Below are positions 25,322-38,154 of a stretch of 64,000 bases of DNA, one piece after another; within the stretch, counting starts at the first letter, position 1; every line of letters starts with the position of its first letter. The position numbers were made by a program, and so were the translations under genes. The stretch is from Ginglymostoma cirratum. Its lineage: Eukaryota. A model generated the notes under the pieces. That model saw only the letters and a program-made list of their open reading frames with translations, was not told where the DNA came from and did not search any database. The stretch covers positions 1,016,848 through 1,080,847 of the forward strand of contig JAHRHZ010000278.1 in NCBI GenBank assembly GCA_024137785.1, given 5' to 3'.

Positions 25322-25754
25322 TACTTCTGAATCAGTGCAGAAATTGTATCTCAGTTGTCTGGCAACTTCCTAATTTGGTGACCATGAGTCAAGTATCCCC
25401 TGTTGAATGGGTGTACCAAGATAAAAGGCACTTACCCAAATGTCTATAAATTCAAAACTTAAAAAAGGAAAGCTATCCGGAAGCCAGTCCATCACAAGTA
25501 CATGTAATAAACCCACTCATTTCCCAGTTAGGTACCAAATCAGTCTGTGTGCTCAATAGAGGTATTGAATGGGGTAATCACCTGACCAAAACTACTCCAG
25601 ATAAAATCTCTTTGAATCCAAGAGCCAGGAAGAAACCAAGTTAATCTCTGGACAACTGCAGAATTAGCTACAGACGGTGCTGTAATATTTAGACCTTTTA
25701 AAAGCTGGAGGTTGCAACATCTCAAAGTATTTCACCCTACTCCAGTTCCACCAG

Positions 25755-25915
25755 TGATGGATGCAGGTGCAGTTACAATGTTTGGATAAGTACATGAAAG
25801 GTTTGGAGGGATATGGCCCAAACGCAGGCAGGTGGGACTAGTTTCGTTTGAGAACATGGTTGGTGTGGACTGGTTGGACCAAAGGGTCTGTTTCAGTGCT
25901 GTATGACTCTATGAC
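25755..25915 (+). mobile_element. CR1/HER1-type LINE 3' end
   Basis: GGTTTGGAGGGATATGG...CAAAGGGTCTGTTTCAGTGCTGTATGACTCTATGAC. Confidence 0.85.
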
Positions 25916-25917
25916 CT

Positions 25918-25990
25918 TTGGAGCAGGTGGGACTTGAACCCAGGTCTCTCAGTTCAGAGGTAGGGTACTATCACCACGTCACAAGAGCCC
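25918..25990 (-). mobile_element. tRNA-like SINE head fragment
   Basis: Minus strand GGGCTCTTGTGACGTGGTGATAGT...GGGTTCAAGTCCCACC (B box). No cloverleaf or CCA, so not a tRNA gene. Confidence 0.6.
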
Positions 25991-26990
25991 TTACAATTAT
26001 TCTGATACATGGTTTGACTATTGAATCTGCTCAGTTTTCTTTCCTGAATGAAAGTGCCTTCTTTGTCAGGCCATGCATTTTTCCTAAAATGAGCCCAATA
26101 CATGAATGATGTAGTATTCTCTTGTTAGTGACTTGTAAAAGTGCCCTGTTCTCTCTGACTTTATTTTTTCTTTCTGTGTGAGTACTGAATGGATGATGTG
26201 ACATTAGACTTTTGGGGTGAATGTGTGATGCAATAATCTTCTTTAGTAGACCTTCTTATTCAAATTTGAGGTTAAGAAATGCATCTAAACGGAAAACAAA
26301 AACATATCAATTGTGGACTTATACAGGAAAGGAATCAGAGTTTCAGTTCTCGCCTCTATCTGTAAAATTACTGACTCACTGGTGAGGCAGGCTAGACAGG
26401 CAGGAAACATTCTGGTATAAGCACAACCGTGAAAGAAGAAAATAGTTGAGTTGGACTATGAATTTCCCTACCTACCTCGGCTGAAATGCTGAACTTTTCT
26501 GAATAAGATGGGTTTTTTTACAACTGATATCACCAGAGATTTTGGAATCACATTTCCATTTGTCTGTTTGACTGTTATTTTTGTATTTTTACAATCTTCT
26601 GGGAACAATAGAGAGTCGTGATCACAGCCCAGTCCATCACCCAAACCAGCCTTCCATCCATTGACTCCATCTACACTTCCCACTGCCCTCAGGAAAGCAA
26701 CCGACATAATTAAAGATCCTCCCCAATGTGGTTATACTCTCCTCCACTCTCTTTTGTCAAGTAGAAGATGTAGAAATTTGAGTGCATGTATAAACAGATT
26801 CAAGAACAGCTTTATCCCTGCTGTGGTCAGACTTTTGAACAGACCTCTCAAATGTTAATTCTGATCTCTCTCTCTCTCTGCACTTCTCTGTGCCTGTAAC
26901 ACTGTATTCTGCACAATGTTCTGCTACCTTGATTTACTTTGTATGATATTATCTGCCTGTGTAGCATGCAAAACAACACTTCATTGTACC

Positions 26991-27138
26991 AGAGATAAAG
27001 AGATGTTTTTTCTGATGAAGGGTTTAGGCCCGAAACGTCAAGCTTTCCTGCTCCTATGATGCTGCTTGACCTGCTGTGTTCATCCAGCCCCATGCTTGTT
27101 ACTTCACTGTACCATCCAGCCACACGCCTTGTTATCTC
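26991..27138 (+). mobile_element. Penelope-like insert with intact hammerhead core
   Basis: Flanked by CAACACTTCATTGTACC (26974-26990) and CAACACTTCACTGTATC (27139-27155). Confidence 0.85.
27008..27043 (+). ncRNA. Minimal type I hammerhead ribozyme motif (PLE-type)
   Basis: CTGATGA (27012-18), A, GGGTTTAGGCCC helix II, GAAAC, GTC cleavage triplet (27037-39). Helix I is weak (UUU/AAG). Confidence 0.6.
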
Positions 27139-27644
27139 CAACACTTCACTGTATCTCGGTACATGTGACAGCAATCAGTCAAATCAAATCAGTCTGAAGC
27201 AAAGGGAAGGATTTGCCAACTAAACAGTAAAAGAATCAACAAGTGAGAGAACACAATCGCCGTAACAATCTGTCACAGAAAGAAGTACCAGCAAAGAGAA
27301 AGCCAAGAAACTTGTCAAGAAACAGAGCAATGGATGTTCTAGATCTTTGAAAACTATTTCCACCGGGAGGGGTCTAATTGTAATTAAGGTGAAGTCGTGG
27401 CCCGGTTATTTTGAAGAACCTGGATATAAACCTCAGGAAGGTATTGAACATCAAATGTTTTGGTTTTTTCTGATCACAAAAACACAGCAGCAGACATGGC
27501 CAAACAGAAATGTGCAGCTCTTTATACGGTTTGCCTACCAATATAAGTACACTGACCAGTGAAATGCTCCTCAACTATCAGTGTTGAATATTTCCGACAC
27601 CCATTGCTTTCGCTACTTTAGCATTAGTCTAGTAGTTGGAGAAG

Positions 27645-27745
27645 TAATTGGAGAAACTCAGCAGGTCTGGCAGCATCCGCTGTATTTCTCCAGCAATTTC
27701 TGCTTTTGTTTCAGTCTTCCTGCATCTGCCAGTTCTTTGTTTAAT
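27645..27745. mobile_element. Internally deleted palindromic Penelope-like remnant
   Basis: TGGAGAAACTCAGCAGGTCTGGCAGCATC joined to TTTCTCCAGCAATTTCTG. Confidence 0.7.
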
Positions 27746-28831
27746 TTTGATGTGAAATATTGCTGAATTCATCGTCTGGTTTGGGAATGCAGGACGTAAC
27801 TGGAAGTGGGAGACTAGCCGGTGTTATATGCATGCTCCACCTTGCTTCAACCCCCATCTTTTAACCAGCACCATTTTCAATTTGGATGTGCTGTCTGGAG
27901 TATTTCATGATCTAGTTTCTATTGTCCCACTCGAACACTAAAGTGGGTTGTGCTCCTCTGACCCTGAAGCTATAGTTGATGTGTCCTGTGAGACAAAGTC
28001 AGCATTAAACAGATATTTTATGTAAAAATGGGTTTTAATCTTCCCAATCAGTTTTGAACAAGAGGCGTGTCTCGTGGCTCAGTGCTCACATTAGGACTTT
28101 TAGATAGATAATTAATTACTGAGCTGCATTGAACCTACAAATCATTTTATTTAGTCAATTCCGGTTTTTTGTGGAAATTCACTCCCAGCCACCCACTCCT
28201 GTGAAATGCAAGCTACAAACTGAGGCCAGTGGGCTTCTTGAGAATTTTAATACAATCTGCAGCCTTTTGATTTCCTCCTTGTGAAACCTTCTGACATGGT
28301 TTGCAATGGCTGTGGTCACAATTCCAGATGGAAGTGGTATTTTGTCTCGCTGAAACCAAACTAACCTCATTCTATCAATAAAGTACACATGAAACCATTA
28401 AAACGTACACTGAAGCTTTTTGTTGAGTGAGCAATTACTTTTAAACCACTTCACTTACAGCCTGTAATGCAATTAAATCTCCTGAAAACAGCCTTTCATT
28501 CATTATGTTCCATGCCTCTGACCCTCCTACACAGTGTAGCAATAGTTGATTGATCTGAACAGACAACTGTTTTGTAAATTTTGGTGTACATTTTGGGGAA
28601 CTGTTTATGGAAGTACGCATAGGGCTGTAATTGACAAGTTGATCACAAGCAGTAAGGTAATAATTTCACAACTGATCGTGTGCCAGTTTCACAAAGCTTT
28701 GTTGCTTTCTGTTAAGTTTTTTTTTTTTTACATTGTAGATGACCATGTAAATTTCTGCAGAAGATTTATATACATGTGGGATTGTTAGCTGCAAAGTGAA
28801 TTAGTCTGTACAAATAAAGGTTTCTGGAATT

Positions 28832-29030
28832 TAGAGTCATTAGAAATGTACATCACGGAAACAGACCCTTTGGTCCAACTCCTCCACACTCACCAGATAT
28901 CCTAAATTAATCTAGTCCCATTTGCCAGCATTTAGTCCATATCCCTCCAAACCCTTCCTATTCATACAGCCACCCAAATGCCTTTTAAATGTTGTAATTG
29001 TACCAACCTCCATCACTTCTCCTGGCAGTT
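28832..29030 (-). mobile_element. CR1/HER1-type LINE 3' end
   Basis: ORF 28912..29361 ends LPGEVMEVGTITTFKRHLGGCMNRKGLEGYG. Confidence 0.88.
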
Positions 29031-30473
29031 TCTTGGTTGGAAAATTGCCTAAACTTAGGTTTCTATCCCAGACACCTATGATAAAGAATCTGTGACATAT
29101 CGAGGTGAGAAACCTATGGCCATAGGTGGGAGCCATGAGGGGGTAACAAATGTAAGTGTATTGGTCTAAGATGTATTTAGGGGAGAGATCTGTGACAGCG
29201 CTGGGGTGCTGGTTGCAGTGAGAAGAAAACCCTGGTAGCCCAGGGCAAAACAAAATTATAGGACTTTGAGAAAAATGATTTTCAATTTTTAAGTACCTGA
29301 TGATTATTAAATACAGAATTTGAGAGTTGTTGAAAGAAACATTTTTGTTAGAGCTTTTCATACTTCAGTCATTAAGCCAACTTACAAGAAATACCAATTT
29401 AAGGGAGGAATGCCAGCATTTATTCTGTATGCGAGGAGAGTGCTGACTGTTTGATAAGTGGACTCTGGTAGATGCGTTGCCATGAAAAATGTACCAGTTC
29501 ACAATGATTGATTGTTAACTGATCGAGTCTATTAACATTTCAAAGTAAAAATAAATGACATTCATTTCTTAGGGTAATGCCTTGACTATCCAGAGTCAAC
29601 CTGCCTGATCGAAAATTTTAAGTAACTTAGGGTAAAGTAAAATTTACTTTCTGTAACTCTCTCAAGAAGCAAAAAAAAATGGTCAAGTCCCATAAGTGAA
29701 AGGGCAGTGTGGTAATGAACAATACTGTTCACTCTTCATGGCAAGGTTTAAGTTTCAAACTAAACATTTAAATTCTCAGCCGAAATGCATAGGTTTTCCT
29801 AAACATTTTTACTATCTATTTAAACTTGTAATGAACTGATTCGATTATTTTAAAGCCTAAATCCTTTCTGCATGTCTCTTGCATTAACTGTTAAAATGTG
29901 GAATTAGTCAGAAGTGGGCTGGAATTGCTTGCATTTCTTCTTGACTAAACCAGCCTAGATTTTATTAACTTTTCTATTATTCTCTTCAAAATTCCATTGT
30001 GGCAACTGAATCAGAATTCAAATCTAAATGTTTCATGGCCAGCTAAGAGAAAACCCAGCTGCAATATACCAAAGTCAGTTGATATTAGAATAGGTTTGGT
30101 ACATTAAGGAAGGAACAATGTTAGACTCCCTGGACAGAAAATATGGAATAAATTTATCAGTGTCAATCTCTCAGCGATAAGGGAATATTTTGTCAATGAG
30201 ATCATTAAATACAAATCAGGCCATATTTTTCCTTGGTTCATTCGGAAAATTGTGAATGATACCAACTGTTTTTTTATCTTTTGCTTTAAATACCTCAACA
30301 CAATTTCAAAGTCATTTAAAAGATTGATAGGTGGAGACATATTATGATACTTCTTTTGTTTTATTACCTAACACTTTTTTTTCTTTCTTCTTTCCAAATT
30401 TTATTATTCACACACTTGCCCTGACCACCACTGTTAGTCCGTTACTGTTCCAACCATACAGCAGTCCTTCAGT

Positions 30474-30600
30474 AGCAAAAACAGAAGTTGCTGGAAAAGC
30501 TCAGCAGGCCTGGCAGCATCTGTGAAGAAAAAATCAGCGTTAACATTTCGGGTCTGGTGACCCTTCCTTAGAAGTTCTACAGTTCTTTTGGTTTTTGTTT
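30474..30600 (-). mobile_element. Penelope-like mini-element with TSD
   Basis: Flanked by AGCAGTCCTTCAGT (30460-30473) and AGCAGTCTTTCAGT (30601-30614). Hammerhead core is degenerate. Confidence 0.85.
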
Positions 30601-30718
30601 AGCAGTCTTTCAGTGCCTTGCCCAATGAATGATTTCTTACATGTGCATCTCAACATGGGAGCATAAGAAATAGGAGCAGACGGCCATATACATGTATGCA
30701 CGCTTGCACACAAATGCT

Positions 30719-30750
30719 CATGTGCGCGCGCACACACACACGCGCGCGCA
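30719..30750. repeat. (CG)n/(CA)n alternating purine-pyrimidine microsatellite
   Basis: CATGTGCGCGCGCACACACACACGCGCGCGCA. Confidence 0.9.
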
Positions 30751-31117
30751 GAATCCCAGCTTTTGAGCAATCAGGAGTAGGCATTCTGACTGAACAACCT
30801 GGTCCTGAATTTATATTTCTAGTAAATTGTGGAAAGGTTTATTCTTTTTAACTTCTATTTTAGCAACAATTTAATCTTGACTTTCCTCAACTGTTCAGTT
30901 AATGAGAATACAACTTTTAATGAATCATGATCTGCTTCCCTTGATGTCAGTCATTCTGTTCGGAACCATGTAAAACCTGTATGGCCATAGAAACACTGAA
31001 TGATGCTGGTATCAAGACAGACCATATGAGCATTAAGCTAGTACTTGTGTTCAGACATGTTATAGTTTCTAACAGTGAACAATATTACATACAAAGAATC
31101 AGACACCACATTGTGCT

Positions 31118-31155
31118 AGTTCTGAGGAAGGGTCACTGGACCCGAAACGTTAACT
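31118..31155 (+). ncRNA. Minimal type I hammerhead ribozyme motif (PLE-type), best copy
   Basis: Helix I AGTT/AACT; CTGAGGA at 31122-28; helix II GGGTC-ACTG-GACCC; GAAA; palindromic AACGTT in place of helix III; GTT triplet at 31149-51. Confidence 0.7.
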
Positions 31156-31256
31156 CTGATTTCCCTCCTCGGATGCTGCCAGACCTACTGAGCTTGTCCA
31201 GCAATTTCTGTTTTTGTTTCTGATTTCCAGCATCCGCAATTCTTTTGGTTTTTATT
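31118..31256 (+). mobile_element. Penelope-like mini-element beginning at its hammerhead motif
   Basis: AGTTCTGAGGAAGGGTCACTGGACCCGAAACGTTAACTCTG...GATGCTGCCAGACC...CAGCATCCGCAATTC. Confidence 0.88.
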
Positions 31257-34200
31257 TACTGCGTAGTGCCCTTTGGGTAGCAGGATATTTGCTTTCCATG
31301 GTATCTACACCCCGTACAGTTAATGAGTTGAAAAGACTGTGTGCTTCATATTCAAGTTCCTGTTCTGTGCTTTGGAAGTATCACAGTTTTGTAAAACAAA
31401 CCTTGCACTCTTGCTTGAAGTTGTGATTCTCCTGACCTAGTTACTGTACAAAGATTTTTTTCACTTTTTCCTCCAAAATGCCCTTCCAGAGATTGTTTAT
31501 ACATTCCTTGCAACGTTCCCTCCTCGCTGAGCAAGCTCAAGTGGGGACTTGGACACTTGGAGTATGTGTGCCTAATTTGACTGTAGAAAGCATTTTAACC
31601 AACACACGCACATGCACTAACTAAAATGAACTAACTCAGCGCAGAACATTTTCTGCTTGAAACCATTCCCCTGCTAAATGAGATGCCTGTTTTTCTTAAC
31701 TACCTGATAATAATAGCTGTCATACAAAGGGAATCATATTCCAAAGGTTTCTCCAGACAGGAAAAAAAAATTAAGTCCTTGTAGGATAGGGGCACTGTTC
31801 TTATTTCTTTATAGGAAAATAATTTTACACAGCACTCAGTTAAATTCCAACCACCCCCACCTCGGTTCAGCTAGAGGCACCAGCCGACTCGATGGGCAAG
31901 TTAAATTCGCCTTTTGTGTGGTCTGTTTACATCTGCTCAGGGGACCCAAACATTCAGAATAGTAGCACTGGAGGAGGAAGGATCATTTTTCTCAGCTTAC
32001 GATGAACCCCCAAAACTTATAGCAAGTGAAATCAAATTTCTGTCAGTTTGTACACAGAGGCAGTAAGTTCCTGGTCAGGCATCTGAGGGAAAGAAAGTTG
32101 GAGCCTCTATCATCACTTTCCAAAGCTCCATGTTGAACTTTGTGAGCATGTTCCACAGCAGCTTGGGTCCCCTTTGACATGCCACCTTTTATGTGCTTTG
32201 TTGTGTCAAACTCTGCTACTAGTCTAATATATTCTGAATCAGTATATATTGACTCCCATCACATCCAGAGGCTAGAGAAGGAACCTCCTGGGTGTGTGAA
32301 CAATGTTGAGATGTGCAGCAGCAAGGCATATCTCAGTCAGTGCATAATCCTCTCGCTCCCTCCTTATGCTAATCACAAGCAGCTTGGGAGATTCTTGCTA
32401 GGCTGTAGGGAGATGCCAGTTGATGGCGATTAGCGATGGGTAAATGCCTTGTGAATGCCACACTTCACCTCATTCATATTCAGACTCCTGTCTTCCCAAA
32501 CTCGACAGACAAGCTGAATGTCAGGAAACTTGACCAGAAAACCAGATTCCATCCCTGGTGGATTAAACTCACCCGCTCACTCCAAGCAACCTCCAATGTT
32601 GGGCACTAGCCAAACAGATAGATGTTGGAAGTCTTCATCTGCCAGCCCTTTGCAATCATCCTGGCACTTTTCCTGTGAACAGGCAATGTGCTTGGGAAAC
32701 ACAGGCTTTCATTGCAATGCGCACCAGCAGCTAGTACTGAAAGGCTGTAGGAGGGACACTGTACACAAACAGGCAGGCACCCACCCTCAGACTGCACCTC
32801 AAGGCTGTTTGTTTGCACTGTTAGCACCTGTTTACTGAACATTTCCCCACACACTCTGTGTCCCTGCTGTGCATTGCCTTAAGGGTTTTTCTGTGCAGAC
32901 ACACAGATGGGCAGCTTGTCCTTCTGGTCAGTATGGAACTGTCTTGAGGGTAGGGGTGGTGGTGATGTTCCCCACTAGCCCCAGTCACAGACACAGTTAA
33001 CACGCCGTCCAGAAGCTTCATCCCTGTAGGTAGCTCACAGTCTGGGGATCTACTCCAGTACAACCTGGGGAGAGTTCAGTGGGATTTCCTGCACTGTCCG
33101 TCGGGAGATGCAGTGCACATGTCAAGAGTAATTAATAATATTCCAGGGATGAAGTCTTTGCCTGTAGAACCTCGCAATGTCACGACTGAGATCAGAACCC
33201 CCATGTGGATTGTTGCATGGGTGTGTATGTGGGCCATGCTTCTGTTACATTTCACTTTGTATCTAAGTCAGAGGAGATTTCCTATTTTGTACAGCTGACT
33301 CTGGGTGCTCCTACACTGAACAATGATGATTTGTGTGTGCACGGAGTATGCTGCCAACGTCATGTGTCCCTCAGTGAATTCAGGAAATGCAATGTAGTTC
33401 TTGGGAGGTGGGTACACACCATTTTGTTACCAAATTGAAGCCAACAACTGTTTCTGATGCTTCTTTATTGTTTCGAAAGCATGTACGATTAGCACTCTGA
33501 TGAAGTCATCTGTGGTCCAATCCATAAGTACAGTTTCTATTTAAACTAACCAGATTGCAGGGTTTATTTAATGTCATAACATTGGATATTAATAAGCGCT
33601 TCTGAACATTTCATGGAACGTCTTGTGTTTCCACATGTGACTGTCTGTTCTCTTGATTAGTAACTTGTTGTGAAATTTATTGATTTATTTCTTAAAGTGA
33701 TCACTTCCAGTGTCTGAAGAGGCTCTATTAATAAACTTTTTTTTGTACTTTGGATGGAAACTGATATTAAATAAATCTTGCACTATGATTAGTTTAAATG
33801 AACACTGCAGTTATGGATGAGATGTTTTTTGATCAAACGTGACTTTGTTAATCAGAACGTTAGTCCTGCAGACTCTCTAAACCGGGAACAGAAGGAGACA
33901 CAACACTATTAATGAGCTGTCGAGAGATGGGTGGAGCTGGCTGCTACATTCCGGGTGAAAGGAGAAAGTGCAGACAGCTTCCCTGAGGTTGACCCTATTT
34001 AAAATGAAGCCGCTCGAACTTACACAAACTTTTTTTATTAACTGAGTGATATCTAGTGGGTACAAGTTTGGCATCTGATTTGTGGAGTGTATGCCTAAAT
34101 GCAGTAGCAAAGGATATTCAAATATTGCAATTATAGTTACCATTCTAAAGTGCGCTTATTTTTCTCAAGTTGCTGCCAGAAGCAGATCAGGGCAAGTCTA

Positions 34201-35180
34201 TATAACACAACCTGAACTCAATTGTCTTTTTAGTTGCGTATTCTAGTAATACATCTGCTGTTTTAAGAGACTGCCAAGCTACCAGGGAGGCAGTAACATT
34301 AATGTAGTGGCATAGAGGCTGAAATAGTTGGATGTAATTGTAAAGTGGATTATCAATGACTTGAACGTGCCCATAACTGGCTTTAGATTTCTCTGGGTTA
34401 AGCCGTACTCTTACTGCCAAGGCATCTGTGGGTTTGGGGAGGTTTTACACATCTCTGCTCATCCAGCCAGTTCCCTTCTCTCTGAACTTTCCTTCCATCA
34501 ACATTGCTCAACAGGGAAGGGAGAAATTATGTTCTACAATCAGCCAAGAAGCCATGGATTCTTAGATGAAGATCCAGAGCCAGGAGTTTACTTGTAAAAA
34601 TTGGTTGTTTTACTTCATCCTATTAAATGAAGGTATATTTTATGAAAATTTTCAATGAATGGCAACTATATGGTTCTAAATTTGGGAAGAGTTGGATAAC
34701 TCCACGAGGAATCCAGTTTCTTGTGTTGCTATATGTATGCATAACAGAGAACTTCAGTTGAGAAATTCTATGTCAGCAGCTGAGGCTTGTATTCATTTGT
34801 GTGTTATGACTAATCAACGGTGTAAGCTGAAAAAGAGAAGTGCACACACAGTAAGAAACATGTTAACTCTTCACCACACGCCAGACATATCACATCAATC
34901 TATGTACACGCTGTCAATGCAGTAGAATGTCTTTCTAAGCTTGTGGGTAGACTGTTTTTTGGACAGGACAGGGGGAGCGTTATTCTCAACCTTCCTGTGC
35001 ATGAAAAGTGAAAATATGTAATTATAGTGGACTCTCCATGTGTAGCATTTGCAGTAAATAGCAGCTTGGGTTGTATTGTCTCAAGCATTTGAGAATTGAT
35101 CGTCTTTGAAGTGTGGTGATTTTCATGTGGGGAAACGTAGTAGCTATTCTGTACTATCGTTGTTTTGCAATTCATGACAC

Positions 35181-36017
35181 GGGCAATGAATCGAGGAGTG
35201 GCTGATGGAGTTTAATTAAAAAATGTGAGTTACTGTATTTTGGAAAATTAGATCAGGGCAGGACTTATACACTTAATGGTAAGGTCCTGGGGAGTGTTAT
35301 TGAACAAAGAGACCTTGGGGTGCAGGTTCATAGCTCCTTGAAAGTGGACTCACAGGTAGATAGGACAGTGAAGGCGGCATTTGGTACGCTTCCCTTTATT
35401 AGTCAGTGCATTGAATATAGGAGTTGGGAGGTCATCTTGCAGCTGTACAAGACATTGGTTAGGCCACTTTTAGAATATTGCATTCAATTCTGGTCTCCTT
35501 ATTTTAAGAAGGATGTAGTAAAGCTTGAAAGGGTTTAGAAAAGATTTACAAGGATGTTACTAGGATTGGAGGGTTTGAGCGATAGGGAGAGGCTGGAAAG
35601 GCTGGGGCTATTTTCCCTGGAGCATCAGAGGCTGTGGAGTGACCTTTGTAGAAGTTTATAAAATCATGAGGGCCATGGATAGGGTGAATAGACAAGGTCT
35701 TTTTCCCAGGCTGCAGGAGTCCAAAACTAGATGGAATAGGTTTAAGGTGAGAGGGGAAAGATTTAAAAGGGACCTAAGAGGCAACGTTTTCATGCAGATG
35801 GTGGTGCGTGTATGGAATGAGCTGCCAGTGGAAGTGGTGGAGGCTGGTACAATTACAACATTTAAAAGGCAACTGGATGGATACATGAATAGGAAGGGTT
35901 TAGAGGGATATGGGCCAAATGCTGGCAAATCGGACTGGATCAATTTAGGATATCTAGTTGGCATGGATGAGTTGGACTGAAGGGTCTCTTTCTGTGCTGT
36001 GCAGCTCTATGACTCTA
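35181..36017 (+). mobile_element. CR1/HER1-type LINE, ~840 bp 3' fragment with disrupted ORF2
   Basis: ORFs 35320..35538 (LYKTLVRPLLEYCIQFWSPY) and 35639..35980 (VWNELPVEVVEAGTITTFKR). Tail CTCTATGACTCTA. Confidence 0.95.
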
Positions 36018-36030
36018 AGGGCACTTTAGT

Positions 36031-36858
36031 TTGTGGTAGTTCTTACCAGCACTGAAAGCCTGGTCTTAAAACTATTGCAGTTGTTTAAGTAGACAGGACA
36101 TTTTCTTTAAGTTCAGCTAGGAACATTCAATAAAGTAGACAGTGCCTGAGTATCTCAGAGATACACAGCAATGGAGGCAATCACGTGATGAATGTGTAGA
36201 AAGTCAGCAAAAGAAAATACTTGCAACCTTTCGGCTAAGTTTAAAAAAAATTAAGGTAGGAGTTGTTTGTCTCTGGGATTGAATGCCTATAAAGGATGGT
36301 GCTGAGGAAAAGGTGGGGTTTTTTTGTCTTTGGTATTTATGTTCAGATCATTCTAAATTTTCTTAGTAATATATTTTTGTATTTTGTTCAATAAATTTGT
36401 GTTTTATGTAAACAACATTTGGCAGCCTCCTGCAAATATATTGAATTGACTGGTCACAGTAACAAAATTGCATAAAAAAGACTTGTCATCAATCAGCCAG
36501 GTTACTGTGAGATCTGTCACACTTTTCCCAAGGACGGGTGATTTCAAGGCTCGAGGCACATTTTAAGGTGAGAGGAGAGAGATTTAAAAGGGACATGAGA
36601 CAAATTTTTTACACAGGGTTGTTCACTAATGGAATGAACTTCCTGAGGATGTGGTGGATGCAGATACAATTACAATGTTCAAAAGACGTTTGGATAAGTT
36701 CATGAATAAGAAAGGTTTGGAGGGATATGGGCCAGGAGCAGGCAGGTGGGACTAATTTAGTTTGGGATTATGTTCAGCATGGGCTGGTTGGACTGAAGGG
36801 TCTGTTTCCATGCTGTATGACTCTATGATCTAGTATTCCCATTAGCTGGGATCAAACA
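36031..36858 (+). mobile_element. Possible solo LTR (Gypsy-like) interrupted by a CR1 fragment
   Basis: TG start, internal AATAAA at ~36389, end ...AGCCAGGTTACTGTGAGATCTG[CR1]...ATTAGCTGGGATCAAACA. Recognised by resemblance only; no TSD seen. Confidence 0.35.
36520..36829 (+). mobile_element. CR1/HER1-type LINE 3' end
   Basis: TTTAAGGTGAGAGGAGAGAGATTTAAAAGGGAC...GCTGTATGACTCTATGA. Confidence 0.9.
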
Positions 36859-38154
36859 ATAGAGCCAAGGATTTTCTATTCCTCACTTGAAACAAAGATG
36901 TGGTCACGCATGATCCTGTTGTTAAAAATTCTGAAAGGGATGCAAATATATTGGTTCAGACAGCTTATTAAACTGTGATTCTGAATGTAGAACCTGATGT
37001 AAATATAAGATTAGCAAGCTGTAAACAAGGATAAAAGGACCTTTATTGCCTTTCACAGAATAATGGACACACAAAAGAACTTGCAAAAGTGTTTGTCACT
37101 ATGTTGACTGATTATGTATTTAAAGTAAGTTCATTACCTTTAATCCTGTTCCTAACCAACTAGCTAGTTGAGGGTAAATGCAGATTGAAATGACAAAGTA
37201 CAGGGCTACAATAATTCCTGGGTAGCTGACTCAATGGAAGAAACATATTATGGAAAGTTTTCCATCAAAAGTTACTTAATGAATGATGTAATATTTGATA
37301 ATTGTTCTGAAGTCTTAATTTGATTATCTTTTGAAGAGCGGTTAAAAAGAAACATCTTCCAGTAGATTTAAATGAGTTTTAATCTTTCACATCCAACATA
37401 AATTGTCCACAGTTTTGGTTCCTTGTCATCCTTTCCATTTATTACATACAGTTTTTTCCGAGATGAGCAGTTTATTCCAGTTCAAAATTGGCAAAAACAG
37501 AAGCATTTAGCTCCCTCCATATTACTATCTGTCTATACCCTCACAAAGCCTCCTGTGTATATCTCTCCAATATTTCATTTAACGTTCATTCTCTAGTTTC
37601 TAATTGCTGATTATTTTCACTTTCTGGAATTATTGTAATCCTGTACTTTGTCATTTCAGTATTTATTTGCCCCTCACTAAATAGTTAGTTAGGAACAGGA
37701 TTGAAAGGAAAGAGTTTATTTCACTTTCTGTGAAAATACATTGAAGCTGCCAAATAAATGTACCCTGTTGGGATTTATTACGCAAGGTTTGGAAGCGATA
37801 GACAACTGGCATTTTTTTTTTTTTTTTGTTCTGTGCTGTCTTATGTTTGGGGTTAATTAAGCATCGATACAGTTCAGTTTACTGTGTTGTAGAATTGTGG
37901 GATTCCTGGTGTGATTATACAGTTTGCTCTTATGAATCTCCATGTCCTTTGTCTTTGAAATTGAATACGTAATAATGCTGCAGTCAGTTAGAGAACTGCA
38001 GAATCTTGAACTACAGTGCATCACTGAACATGCAGAGTAACTGTATCACTGAAGTTAGTTTATTTAATTTCTGCCAATTTTTAAAAAATTCAGGTGGGCT
38101 GGATATGTTGTGGTGGCAACACGATTAACTGGTTTGAATTCCTTCTCTCCACAG

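Larger units (their letters stand above)
26610..27190 (+). mobile_element. Rex1/Babar-like LINE 3' fragment, interrupted by a Penelope-like insert
   Basis: Encodes LRKATDIIKDP...SRRCRNLSACINRFKNSFIPAVVRLLN. Tail TCAAATCAAATC. Confidence 0.75.
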
